Of a stretch of DNA of 64,000 nucleotides, positions 49,875 to 59,490 are shown one piece after another. The stretch covers positions 133,101 through 197,100 of the forward strand of contig CALDKB010000049.1 of assembly GCA_937899245.1 (NCBI GenBank), written 5' to 3'. Source of the stretch: an uncultured Bacteroidales bacterium (lineage in GTDB: Bacteria > Bacteroidota > Bacteroidia > Bacteroidales > ML635J-15). The notes beneath the pieces were generated by a model. That model was not told the DNA's origin, did no database searches, and saw nothing but the letters and a program-made list of their open reading frames with translations. The position numbers were made by a program, and so were the translations under genes. Positions within the stretch are counted from its first letter, which is position 1, and the number at the start of each line of letters is the position of its first letter.

Positions 49875-52355
49875 ATGATGCAAAGATTTGTTTGCCTATT
49901 TATTGCTTGCCTACTGGCAAGTGTTTCTTATTCCCAGCGTCAGGGCGGCACACCGGCTGATGGCGTTATTTACGGAACAGTTTTGGACAAAGACAGCAAC
50001 GAGGCTGTTGAATTTGCCAATATCGTTGTATATGACGACGGAGGCAATGTCATTGCCGGAAGCATGAGCGACAAGAACGGTAAGTTTAGTGTTCAGAATG
50101 TCAAGTACGGCAAGCATAAGGTCGAAATCTTGTTCATCGGTTACGGCAAGATTACCCGCGAGGGCGTAAATATTACGGCCGACAAAAAGTCCTTTAACAT
50201 GGGTAAGGTATACTTGAGCATTGATGCTCAGATGCTTGGCGAAGTTGAAGTAGAAGCCACAATGAACAATGTCGACTATCGTCTCGACCGCAAGGTTATA
50301 AATGTCAACCAGGACATTGTGTCTGCAGGGGCGTCGGCAGTCGAAGTTCTCGAAAATGCACCATCTGTGACAACCGACCTCGACGGCAATGTCTCGTTGC
50401 GAGGAAGCGACAGTTTCCTAGTGCTGATTGACGGACGTCCAAGTCCGCTTGAAGGCAGTGAAGCTTTACAGCAAATTCCAGCAAACACTATTGAGAGCAT
50501 AGAAATCATCACCAATCCATCGGCAAAATATGCTCCTGATGGCGTAGGCGGCATTATCAATGTCGTGCTGAAAAAGGAAAAGCGCTCCGGCTACAACGGT
50601 CAGGTATCGGCCAACTACGGAGCAAACAATACTATGGGCGGAAGCGCCAACTTTAATGTTCGCACTCAGAAACTTAACTTTTTCATCGGAGGCGAATACA
50701 ATCGTCGCCGCAACAAGAGTTCGGGCGATTCGCAAAGAAAGACTTACCTGAACACCGAGAAGGACTCTATGTTCTGCCTTAACAACACAAATTTCGGCAG
50801 TCATGGACGCCAGTTCTGGAGCGGGCGCGCCGGCCTTGACATTTATGTTACCGACAACGACATAATTACCGTATCTGGAAAAGTTGGCGGTCGTGGACAT
50901 TTTGGCGATGGAATTACAGAGGCAGAGACTTTCTATTTCAACGAACGCTCAAATCTTGTGTACGATCCAAATTCTCTGTTGCTTGGAACGCCTTATTCCT
51001 ATTATACAGACGAAATTTCCGACGAGAAAAACATGTATTGGGGCGGCGACATCAATTACCAGAAAAAATTTGCCAAACCGGGACACGAACTTCAGATATA
51101 TTTTAACTATTCGGCAAGTCGCAACAACGACTTCAACGAATATACCGAAGCCGAAACCGACAGTCTTGGCGGCGAAATAAAAGATGGTGCAGTTACAGAC
51201 AGCTACCGCACACATGAAACCGGAGCCAACGACAAGTACGAGGCAAAAGTGGATTATGTTCTTCCGTTCAACGAAAAGTCGAAGTTGGAAGCTGGATATC
51301 AGCTGAAAATCCGCAACCAGTCAAACGACTACAACTATGCCGTACTAACTAACGACAATTGGATTGACGACCCTTTGCGTCACAGTCCCTACGATTTCGA
51401 CATGGACATACAGTCGGGTTATTTGATATATTCTAACTTCATAAAGGATTTCGGCTTCCAGGTCGGAATGAGGACCGAATATACGAACAGGTGCTTCGCT
51501 GTTCCCGACAGCAACTACGTATATAAGAAATTCGACTTCTTCCCTTCGTTGCATCTATCCTACTCCTTCAACGAGGATTTCCAGATTATGGCAAGCTACA
51601 GTCGCCGTCTCGAACGTCCTCGCGGCTGGTTTTTAAACCCGATGGTCGAAGTTGAAGACCCGAACAATGTTCGCAAGGGAAATCCATCATTGAATCCCGA
51701 ATACACTAATTCGTACGACATGTCGCTGCAAAAACGTTTCGGAGAACACTTCGTTTCTTTTGAACTTTATGCACGCCAGACCAACGACCTGATTCAGCAT
51801 GTAACTATCGTCGACACGGTCAACACGAACATGTACATAAAGACATTCGATAATATCGGAAAGGACCTTTCCGTCGGAACCGAAATCATGGGCAACTTCA
51901 ACCCTACCAGCTGGTACAATTTAAACGTAAGTGCAAATGCATACTACTATTCAATAATCTCAGAAAAATACCTCAGCAAGAGCACTTTCACATGGCGACT
52001 TCGCATGAATAACACATTTAGAATCAAGAAGTCGGGAACAAATATCCAGTTTGGCGGTTTCTATGGAGCTCCATCAATTACTGCCCAGGGACGCCGTGCC
52101 GGCATGGTTGCTTTCAACCTTGGTATCAAGCAGGACTTTTTCAACAAGAAACTTTCTGTCAGCATCAATTTCCGCGATTTGTTCCATACTATGAAACATA
52201 ATGAAACGACAGAAACCGACGAACTATATTATCACGTCAACAGACGACAGACATGGCCGAATTTCAACATTTCGATCACATATAGAATTAACGATTTCAT
52301 TAAGCATAAGGACAAAGAATCTGGAGAATCAGACTATGATGGCAATGACATGTAA
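49875..52355 (+). CDS. Outer-membrane beta-barrel receptor (CarbopepD_reg + plug-like + OMP beta-barrel family)
   Basis: Signal peptide MMQRFVCLFIACLLASVSYSQ, GVIYGTVLDKDSNEAVEFANI (carboxypeptidase-regulatory-like), a plug-like VSLRGSDSFLVLIDGRP, and a long beta-strand-rich C-terminal region. Confidence 0.8.
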   Translation: MMQRFVCLFIACLLASVSYSQRQGGTPADGVIYGTVLDKDSNEAVEFANIVVYDDGGNVIAGSMSDKNGKFSVQNVKYGKHKVEILFIGYGKITREGVNITADKKSFNMGKVYLSIDAQMLGEVEVEATMNNVDYRLDRKVINVNQDIVSAGASAVEVLENAPSVTTDLDGNVSLRGSDSFLVLIDGRPSPLEGSEALQQIPANTIESIEIITNPSAKYAPDGVGGIINVVLKKEKRSGYNGQVSANYGANNTMGGSANFNVRTQKLNFFIGGEYNRRRNKSSGDSQRKTYLNTEKDSMFCLNNTNFGSHGRQFWSGRAGLDIYVTDNDIITVSGKVGGRGHFGDGITEAETFYFNERSNLVYDPNSLLLGTPYSYYTDEISDEKNMYWGGDINYQKKFAKPGHELQIYFNYSASRNNDFNEYTEAETDSLGGEIKDGAVTDSYRTHETGANDKYEAKVDYVLPFNEKSKLEAGYQLKIRNQSNDYNYAVLTNDNWIDDPLRHSPYDFDMDIQSGYLIYSNFIKDFGFQVGMRTEYTNRCFAVPDSNYVYKKFDFFPSLHLSYSFNEDFQIMASYSRRLERPRGWFLNPMVEVEDPNNVRKGNPSLNPEYTNSYDMSLQKRFGEHFVSFELYARQTNDLIQHVTIVDTVNTNMYIKTFDNIGKDLSVGTEIMGNFNPTSWYNLNVSANAYYYSIISEKYLSKSTFTWRLRMNNTFRIKKSGTNIQFGGFYGAPSITAQGRRAGMVAFNLGIKQDFFNKKLSVSINFRDLFHTMKHNETTETDELYYHVNRRQTWPNFNISITYRINDFIKHKDKESGESDYDGNDM

Positions 52356-53253
52356 AAATATCATTACAACCATAATGCTTGCCTGCGCAATGCTGGCTGC
52401 TAATGCTCAAGTTTATGTTACCGACTTCAAATCGTCAAAAACGCAAAAGGCTTTGTTCTCAAGCTATACTTTATCGTATGAGACCTACCGCATTGAAGAT
52501 GGCGAAGTTTATGTCGAAGAATTTGATTTCGACATTGAGTCTCCGGAACAACAAGCAATGGACGACATTTCAAGAAAATCAATAGACGAAAAGATACGGC
52601 AACTCATTTCAATAGAATCAAGTTCGGCAGCATACGAGGATCTGCTTCGCGATTATGCCCTTTTTTCATGCAGGACAAGATATGGCGAAAATTGCGTTTT
52701 CGGTGATTCGGAATGTCAGAAGTTCATTTCAGAAATCAAGGCAAAAAACAGTGCCGCCGAATCAGATTTATTCTGGGAGCCATCACATTATGGACTTCTA
52801 ACAGGAAAATTGATTTTTCAGGCAAACATGTTTGTGTCTTATATAATGACAGCAGAAGAGTGCAATGCCATGACCTGCCTCAGAAACGAGCAAGCTTTCG
52901 TTTACGACATCATTGGCAAGCGATTCCTTAAGGAAAGCGATTTTGTAAATCCTCAATTTTTATCTGGATTTTCAAATCTAATCAACAGCACAATTACACG
53001 CAACCAGCTGATTGACATTAACAAAACAAGCGTTGACTTCAACGGGAACTTCTTTATGGATGAATATGGATTGACATATGTTTTCAATTCTGACAAATAT
53101 ATTGAACAGGGAGCTGAAGTGCATGTCATCCTTGATCCGAAAGCCCTCAGGCCTATGCTTCTGCCAGAATCGGTCGTGTATAAATTCTACAACATCGGCC
53201 AGGTTGAAAGGGCAAAGGCAAAGAAGCAGAACAAATTGATAACCAACAAATAA
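52336..53253 (+). CDS. Hypothetical secreted protein
   Basis: Starting at ATG 52336 gives the signal peptide MMAMTCKNIITTIMLACAMLAANAQ. The longer 52201 ORF overlaps the receptor gene. No domain was recognised. Confidence 0.5.
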   Translation: MMAMTCKNIITTIMLACAMLAANAQVYVTDFKSSKTQKALFSSYTLSYETYRIEDGEVYVEEFDFDIESPEQQAMDDISRKSIDEKIRQLISIESSSAAYEDLLRDYALFSCRTRYGENCVFGDSECQKFISEIKAKNSAAESDLFWEPSHYGLLTGKLIFQANMFVSYIMTAEECNAMTCLRNEQAFVYDIIGKRFLKESDFVNPQFLSGFSNLINSTITRNQLIDINKTSVDFNGNFFMDEYGLTYVFNSDKYIEQGAEVHVILDPKALRPMLLPESVVYKFYNIGQVERAKAKKQNKLITNK

Positions 53254-53259
53254 GGCATT

Positions 53260-53784
53260 ATGGACAAAAAAGACATACGCAAGCAGATAAAGCTATTGAA
53301 AAAAGAACACACAAAGGAGCAACTTGCCGAACAGTCGTCGGTAATTATGGGTAAAATCGAGGCGCGCGAAGATTTTGCCAAGGCCGGAATCGTAATGCTT
53401 TACTGCTCGCTTCCAGACGAAGTTCAAACAATGCAGTTTATTGAAAAGTGGCGATTCAAGAAGCAGATAATACTTCCGACTGTTGTCGGCGACGACATAA
53501 TACCAGTACGGCTTGACAACGACACAACATTTGCCGAGGGTGACTTTAACATACAGGAGCCGCAAAATAATCCATATACCGGCGATTACGACCTGATTAT
53601 TGTTCCCGGTGTCGCTTTCGACAAAAATTGCAATCGTCTTGGTCGTGGACGCGGATATTATGACCGTTTTTTGTGCCAGCATCCAAATGTCAAGAAAATA
53701 GGCATCTGCTTTGATTTCCAGCTTGTCGACGAAATTCCGACAGAACCTACGGATATCAAGATGGATGAAATTGTAAGCCTATAA
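53260..53784 (+). CDS. 5-formyltetrahydrofolate cyclo-ligase
   Basis: 174 aa containing IIVPGVAFDKNCNRLGRGRGYYDRFL, the hallmark 5-FTHF cyclo-ligase motif. Confidence 0.85.
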   Translation: MDKKDIRKQIKLLKKEHTKEQLAEQSSVIMGKIEAREDFAKAGIVMLYCSLPDEVQTMQFIEKWRFKKQIILPTVVGDDIIPVRLDNDTTFAEGDFNIQEPQNNPYTGDYDLIIVPGVAFDKNCNRLGRGRGYYDRFLCQHPNVKKIGICFDFQLVDEIPTEPTDIKMDEIVSL

Positions 53785-53857
53785 TTTAATATTGCAGGCA
53801 CGCATCAGCGTCGAACATTTTCCTTATGATTCTACAAAACGGGCAAAAAGTTGCATC

Positions 53858-55141
53858 TTAGCCCAAAAACTTTTCCAGGATTTCAAGATTCGTAGTATTG
53901 TGCCACAGAAATACGAAATCGCCTTCTACCGCTTTGCAGCGTTCGTTCAACCGGCACAAACTTTCAAGAGCATCATCGTCAGATAGAGAGCGATATTGCA
54001 ACAATGTCGTGTCCATTGCAATCAGCGGACTTTCAACAACATTCATTTCCTTGTCGGCTTCAAAATCGAACAACGGGTATGGGTGGCAAGTCCCGCATCT
54101 AAAGCCCTCGTGCTCGGCGAAACCAAGTGTCGAATCGTTTGAAAAGCCAGTTGCGTTCCATATTTCTGGCGTCAGACTTGACTTAAAGCGGAGAAAATGC
54201 TGGCGGACACACGAAATCTTGCCATCGAATACAGATTCCAAATTGAGCTTTTCATATTGCATTTCCAGCTGGTTGTCATACGAATAAAAACCACCATGGA
54301 GACCGACTCCGACCCCATTTTTCTTCGCAAGCTCAATGCATAATCTAGCAGCTTTTGAAAAAATATCGTAAGTGCAATCCCTATCTCCTTTTTTCAATGC
54401 CTTGAAATAAAAACGACTGTCGAGCTTTTTCACTTTTGCGATTTCAACAAGTTTCAGAAATGCAGCTACGTAAGGATCATTTTCGCAGTTGTGGCGCGAC
54501 TTGAAAAATAACGATAACGAATTCAACATTTTCCTCATGCTCTTTCGCACCAAAAGGTCGCCACCGATTGTTTTAAACGACTGGCCAAGACTGCGGAACC
54601 TTACGAGAAAATCAATGTCGTGCGTCGGTATAAGCCGATATCGCCGTGGACGTATCCTGATGTCAGGGAAGTTGGCGGACAATTCTTTCCTTAGCAACAT
54701 GGCATATTCGTCAACTATAGGAATGTAAACAATTTCGTAACGACAACTTATGCTGTTAGCATATTCAAACCGCCCATATTTGTCCATGCTGTGCGAGACA
54801 AACTCCTCGTATCTTGACAAAAGGACGAACACTGTGGAAAGAATATCAGCATTGGCTGTGATTTTACGACCATCGCAAGAAAACATTTTTTTGTCGGGCG
54901 CCAGAAAAAAACCCTTCACTCCTACTTTGCCGTCAAACGACATGACTTCTGAATACAAGGCGTTACCAGAGAGCAAATCCTGCACATTGGCATCAGTAGG
55001 CGTAGGGAAAGCAACGGAAATTCCGTCCGGCAGCAATATTTGCGGTTCGGGCGACAAGGCAAAGTTGCATTCCAGCGAAGGAAAAGCAATTTCGGCAATT
55101 CGTCGAAGCGTGTATGTTATTGCGTTGGACGTTAAAATCAT
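53858..55141 (-). CDS. Conserved hypothetical enzyme, possibly polysaccharide-deacetylase-superfamily
   Basis: 427-aa ORF with His/Asp-rich motifs THDIDF, GLHGGFYSY, VRQHFLRF and CGTCHPY, reminiscent of the CE4/deacetylase-like fold. The assignment is tentative. Confidence 0.4.
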   Translation of the reverse strand: MILTSNAITYTLRRIAEIAFPSLECNFALSPEPQILLPDGISVAFPTPTDANVQDLLSGNALYSEVMSFDGKVGVKGFFLAPDKKMFSCDGRKITANADILSTVFVLLSRYEEFVSHSMDKYGRFEYANSISCRYEIVYIPIVDEYAMLLRKELSANFPDIRIRPRRYRLIPTHDIDFLVRFRSLGQSFKTIGGDLLVRKSMRKMLNSLSLFFKSRHNCENDPYVAAFLKLVEIAKVKKLDSRFYFKALKKGDRDCTYDIFSKAARLCIELAKKNGVGVGLHGGFYSYDNQLEMQYEKLNLESVFDGKISCVRQHFLRFKSSLTPEIWNATGFSNDSTLGFAEHEGFRCGTCHPYPLFDFEADKEMNVVESPLIAMDTTLLQYRSLSDDDALESLCRLNERCKAVEGDFVFLWHNTTNLEILEKFLG

Positions 55142-55261
55142 CGTAATAGGTTGTTATATAATCACGAGACAAAGGTAATATTTTTGTTAATAACCTTATG
55201 CCGAGAAACGATATTAAGACCATATTATTATTTAATTTCGCCAATAATTTCATGAAGAAAA

Positions 55262-56143
55262 ATGGAAAAGGAAAAAGTCCTGATAATAATTAACCCCGTT
55301 TCGGGCACTGGCAAGCAAAAGTCTGCCATTAAGTCGATTGACAAAAAAATTGACAAGATAAATTTCGATTATGAAATTGTCGAAACAAAATACGCACATC
55401 ATGCCACCGAACTTGCCTCGAAAGCAGCAGCCGACGGTTACGACATGGTTGTAGCAGTTGGTGGCGACGGTTCTGTAAACGATGTCGTTGCAGGACTTGT
55501 AAACACCAACACGAAACTTGGAATTATTCCATGCGGTTCGGGAAACGGACTTGCAAGATGCCTGAAAATTCCGTTGTCGCCATCAAAAGCAATCGAAACA
55601 CTGAACGACAACAAGATGAAACGCATTGACACAATGTTAATAAACGGACATGTGTGCGCCAGCATTGCCGGAATTGGTTTTGATGCTCTTATTGCAAAAG
55701 AATTTCAAGAAAAGCCGAAAAACACCAGAGGTTTCCATTCGTACCTGCAGCTCATTGCCACCGAATACCCAAAATACAAGGCGAAAAACTACGAAGTTGA
55801 AATTGACGGCCAAAGAATCTCACACAAAGCCATGTTTGTTAGTTTTGCAAACGCAAATCAATTTGGTTATGAGGCAATTGTTGCTCCCGACTCTCGTGTC
55901 GACGACGGCTTGGCCGATGTGTGTTTCATTGAAGAAATCCCAATACTGTCGGCTCCGCCAACTGCAGTTCTGCTCTTCGCAAAGAAAATAAACAAATCGC
56001 CTCGCGTGAAAATTTGGAAGGCAAAGCACATCAAGATTTTCAACAATAATCTCGAATGGGTAAACCTTGACGGCGAAGCTATAAAAATGGATAAGGAATT
56101 GGATATTGTTGTAAACCACAAGTCTTTAATGATAGTCTGCTAA
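55262..56143 (+). CDS. Diacylglycerol-kinase-family lipid kinase (YegS/BmrU-like)
   Basis: DAGK catalytic-domain motifs IINPVSGTGK, VVAVGGDGSVNDV and IPCGSGNGLA. Confidence 0.8.
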   Translation: MEKEKVLIIINPVSGTGKQKSAIKSIDKKIDKINFDYEIVETKYAHHATELASKAAADGYDMVVAVGGDGSVNDVVAGLVNTNTKLGIIPCGSGNGLARCLKIPLSPSKAIETLNDNKMKRIDTMLINGHVCASIAGIGFDALIAKEFQEKPKNTRGFHSYLQLIATEYPKYKAKNYEVEIDGQRISHKAMFVSFANANQFGYEAIVAPDSRVDDGLADVCFIEEIPILSAPPTAVLLFAKKINKSPRVKIWKAKHIKIFNNNLEWVNLDGEAIKMDKELDIVVNHKSLMIVC

Positions 56144-56820
56144 TGTTTAGATTTAAGCACATGGAACTTCTTTTCGCTATTCTGCTCGCTGTTTTCGCAA
56201 GCTGTACGGCAGTAGCCCAGCAGGACTCCACACCATCTTATGTGCAGTACGACTATTCATTTGAATTCAACGACGGCGTTTACACATCTTTCCAGTCGTT
56301 CCGCAACAACACCCCTATTCCTTTCGAAAACTTTGTGTCTCCTGCTTTTGACGACGATTTCTTCAAGCAATTGCTCAAGACTGATGCCATTAGTTTCTTT
56401 GACGAAAACGGCATCGTAAACGAAATGCCGCGAAAGCTAATATGGGGATATGCAAACAACGGTAAACCATATATTTACAATTCCGGAAAATTCAACTTGA
56501 TTCCATATATCGGCACAATCTCGCATTTCATGACCACCGAACTTGTTACACATTTCATCAACAGCCCTTCGGCAATGTACAGTCCGTATTATTCGCCAGC
56601 GACACAAACGTATGTCACCGAAGAACTTGTACATTACTTCCTTAACACAAAAAATGGTGAAATTATACCGTACAACCAGGCCTCATTGCAAGATCTGATT
56701 AGCGACGACGAAGAACTTCATGCAGAATATATGAAACTTAGCAAGCGACGTCGTGCAAAATCAATTATTGAATACATGCAGAAATACAACAAACGCCATC
56801 CAATATTATTCGGCAGATAA
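56143..56820 (+). CDS. Hypothetical secreted protein
   Basis: 225-aa ORF with a signal peptide (LLFAILLAVFASCTAVAQ) and a TAATG stop/start overlap with the upstream gene. Confidence 0.5.
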   Translation: MFRFKHMELLFAILLAVFASCTAVAQQDSTPSYVQYDYSFEFNDGVYTSFQSFRNNTPIPFENFVSPAFDDDFFKQLLKTDAISFFDENGIVNEMPRKLIWGYANNGKPYIYNSGKFNLIPYIGTISHFMTTELVTHFINSPSAMYSPYYSPATQTYVTEELVHYFLNTKNGEIIPYNQASLQDLISDDEELHAEYMKLSKRRRAKSIIEYMQKYNKRHPILFGR

Positions 56821-56823
56821 ATT

Positions 56824-57684
56824 ATGAAACATTTTTCATCCATATTATTTTGCTTTGTCTTCATTTCAAGCGTGGCAATTTCGCAGGTTAAAATCCCGGT
56901 AGGCAGCAAAGCGGAAATTGCAAAATTCATGAAGACAACGACTTATGTCGTTCTAAAGAACGATTTCATGTGTGATTATAATGATGAGATACGTGAGGCC
57001 GTAAAGGCATTTTGGAACATCACGCCAGTCGAATTCATAAAGGAAAGCGAGTTTAACGGCAAGAGAAACGACGAGACGAAGTCGTTCCTAATGATTAACA
57101 AGGTATATTTCGAGCAGGACAAAAGCAATACCAAGTTTGATTTCCTTATTCTTTCGCTCGGCGGCAAGTTCAAGACAGTCAACGACATGCCTACATTATG
57201 CGCTATTCCGTTGTGCTACAGTGGCGACGACGAACAAAAATATCTGTACAAGCTTGGCGCAATGGTTAAGCACTGCCAAACGCACATCGGCATTTGCAGC
57301 AGTCATCCCGAACTGACACAGGAAAACATTTTGGACTACTACACTAGCAACTCTGGCGACCTTTCAAAAATGAACCTATGTCTGCTCAAAGACGAGATTG
57401 CAGAAGAACTTCGCACACCAGCGGAAATAAAAGCCGTCTACCCGCATAATTTTGAAATTTGCAGCAAGGATAAAATAAGAGAATACATCTCCGGCGACAA
57501 CGAGCAAACTGTTATTGCACACATTATCAGCCCATTGTCGAGCAGCGAGTTGCCGTTTTGCGTCAAGATTGTCATCAACGCAAAAACCGGAATGCTATAT
57601 TATTACGACACTCAAAGACTAAAGAAAAATCACGACGGATACATACTATCTACAGACTTAAAGAAACTAGCAAACAAAAAATGA
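56824..57684 (+). CDS. Hypothetical secreted protein
   Basis: 286-aa ORF with the signal peptide MKHFSSILFCFVFISSVAISQ. No domain was recognised. Confidence 0.5.
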   Translation: MKHFSSILFCFVFISSVAISQVKIPVGSKAEIAKFMKTTTYVVLKNDFMCDYNDEIREAVKAFWNITPVEFIKESEFNGKRNDETKSFLMINKVYFEQDKSNTKFDFLILSLGGKFKTVNDMPTLCAIPLCYSGDDEQKYLYKLGAMVKHCQTHIGICSSHPELTQENILDYYTSNSGDLSKMNLCLLKDEIAEELRTPAEIKAVYPHNFEICSKDKIREYISGDNEQTVIAHIISPLSSSELPFCVKIVINAKTGMLYYYDTQRLKKNHDGYILSTDLKKLANKK

Positions 57685-58994
57685 ACTACCAGGAAGCAAT
57701 TGAATTTATGTTCAGTTCGCTGCCAATGTACCAGAGAGTTGGCAAGGCAGCATATAAGTCGAACCTCGACAACACGTTGGCGCTTGACGAGCATTTCGGA
57801 CATCCGCACAAGTCATTCAGGACCATACACGTTGCCGGCACAAACGGCAAGGGGTCAGTTTCGCATTCGTTGGCGGCAATATTGCAGAAAGCCGGCTACA
57901 AGACAGGACTTTACACATCACCGCATCTCGTTGACTATCGTGAGCGCATTAGGGTAAACGGTGAAATGATATCCAAGGATTATGTCTGCAATTTCATCAA
58001 CGACAACCGCGGAATTATAGAGGAGTTAAAGCCATCATTCTTCGAAATGTCGGTTGCTCTGGCCTTCAACTATTTCAAGGATCTGCAAGTTGATGTTGCA
58101 GTTGTCGAAGTCGGCATGGGCGGACGTCTGGATTCAACAAACATAATTTCTCCCGAACTGTCTATTATCACCAACATCGGCTTTGACCACACGCAGTTCC
58201 TTGGCAACACGCTCCCGCTTATAGCCGGCGAAAAAGCAGGCATTATCAAGGGTGGAGTTCCGGTTGTCATTGGAGAAACCCATCCCGAAACCAAGGATGT
58301 TTTCATCGCAAAAGCTCAGGAAAAGTCAGCCCCTATCCTTTTTGCCGACAAGGAAACACGCATTGAGAAACTATGTGTTGCCACAAGTCACAAATATGCC
58401 GAATATAAGGTAGATGGCGAAAAAACTTACAAATTCGACCTGTTTGGCGAATACCAGACCAAGAACCTATCCACAATACTCACCTCGGCGAGACAACTTT
58501 CAAAATTAGGCTTTAGAATCAACGATTCGAACATCAGTGAAGCGCTTGCCAATGTAAAGGGACTTACAGGATTACATGGGCGCTGGGAATTTTTAGCCGA
58601 ATCGCCGCTGACAATGTGCGACACAGGTCATAATTTCGACGGACTGTCGTATGTTACAGCACAGCTGAAAAATCTCAACTGCCGCAAGCTGCATATAGTT
58701 ATAGGTTTTGTAAACGACAAGGATGTCGCCAAGGTTATGCCACTGTTCCCGAAAGATGCCATTTACTATTTTACACAGGCAGAAATACCGCGCGCCATGG
58801 CAAATTCGGAAGTCAAAGCCTACGGAGAGAAGTTAGGTCTTACGGGCGATATTTTCCAAAATGTGCCGGCTGCATACGAATCTGCGAAGAAAAATGCCAC
58901 TTCCGACGATGCAATTTTCATTGGAGGCAGCACGTTTATCGTAGGCGACTACTTTAAACATTATGGATTTCAGCATGATACAGGCGATAAATAA
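57681..58994 (+). CDS. folC: Bifunctional folylpolyglutamate synthase / dihydrofolate synthase
   Basis: The Mur-ligase-type P-loop HVAGTNGKGS, EVGMGGRLDSTN and a C-terminal Mur ligase domain. ATG 57681 overlaps the previous stop (ATGA). Confidence 0.9.
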   Translation: MNYQEAIEFMFSSLPMYQRVGKAAYKSNLDNTLALDEHFGHPHKSFRTIHVAGTNGKGSVSHSLAAILQKAGYKTGLYTSPHLVDYRERIRVNGEMISKDYVCNFINDNRGIIEELKPSFFEMSVALAFNYFKDLQVDVAVVEVGMGGRLDSTNIISPELSIITNIGFDHTQFLGNTLPLIAGEKAGIIKGGVPVVIGETHPETKDVFIAKAQEKSAPILFADKETRIEKLCVATSHKYAEYKVDGEKTYKFDLFGEYQTKNLSTILTSARQLSKLGFRINDSNISEALANVKGLTGLHGRWEFLAESPLTMCDTGHNFDGLSYVTAQLKNLNCRKLHIVIGFVNDKDVAKVMPLFPKDAIYYFTQAEIPRAMANSEVKAYGEKLGLTGDIFQNVPAAYESAKKNATSDDAIFIGGSTFIVGDYFKHYGFQHDTGDK

Positions 58995-59094
58995 TTCTGC
59001 AAAAAACTTAAAAAAAGTTTTGGTAGGTTGTAAAATTTGCCCTACATTTGCACTCGCAAACGACAAGGAAAACGTTCTTTAAAGATTGCAAATT

Positions 59095-59169
59095 GGGAGT
59101 TTAGCTCAGTTGGTTTAGAGCACCTGCCTTACAAGCAGGGGGTCATAGGTTCGACTCCTATAATTCCCA
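59095..59169 (+). tRNA. tRNA-Val (anticodon TAC)
   Basis: A manual cloverleaf folds correctly. The acceptor is GGGAGTT/AATTCCC, the D arm GCTC...GAGC, and the anticodon stem CCTGC/GCAGG with loop CTTACAA. The T arm is ATAGG-TTCGACT-CCTAT with discriminator A. No CCA is encoded. Confidence 0.95.
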
Positions 59170-59175
59170 CACGAA

Positions 59176-59204
59176 AGCGGTTAAGAAATTGACCGCTTTT
59201 TTTT
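59176..59204 (+). terminator. Rho-independent terminator after tRNA-Val
   Basis: Stem AGCGGT (59176-59181) / ACCGCT (59092+100: 59192-59197) followed by a T8 run. Confidence 0.75.
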
Positions 59205-59319
59205 GTATACCTACCCTAACCTATTCCATATTCGTAATACATTTCGTGTATTCTTCACTTTTGTTCATTTTGTTAATAAAAACACTCCCGAAACATATCA
59301 TTACTTGCATTAATAGTTA

Positions 59320-59327
59320 TATCTTTG
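59320..59327 (+). promoter_or_regulatory. -7 promoter box TATCTTTG upstream of hsdM
   Basis: TAnnTTTG match about 165 nt upstream of ATG 59491. The distance is long, so the assignment is tentative. Confidence 0.3.
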
Positions 59328-59490
59328 TAACATGCCAATATTTTTATTTTATCCGCATGATAATTTGACAAGCGTATGCCGACAAAGACAAAGATATTCC
59401 CCCATCAGGCCTTGAAATCTTTTTCAAAGAAGGTATGCCTATTGCTTTTATTTAGTATACCTTGCTGAAAGTAATTTAAACAGACTTTTT

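Noticed and set aside
59095-59490. Integrase gene or att repeat next to tRNA-Val
   Set aside because: No integrase ORF lies between the tRNA and hsdM, and no second copy of the tRNA 3' end occurs within the window. The island status therefore remains an inference from context and GC content only.
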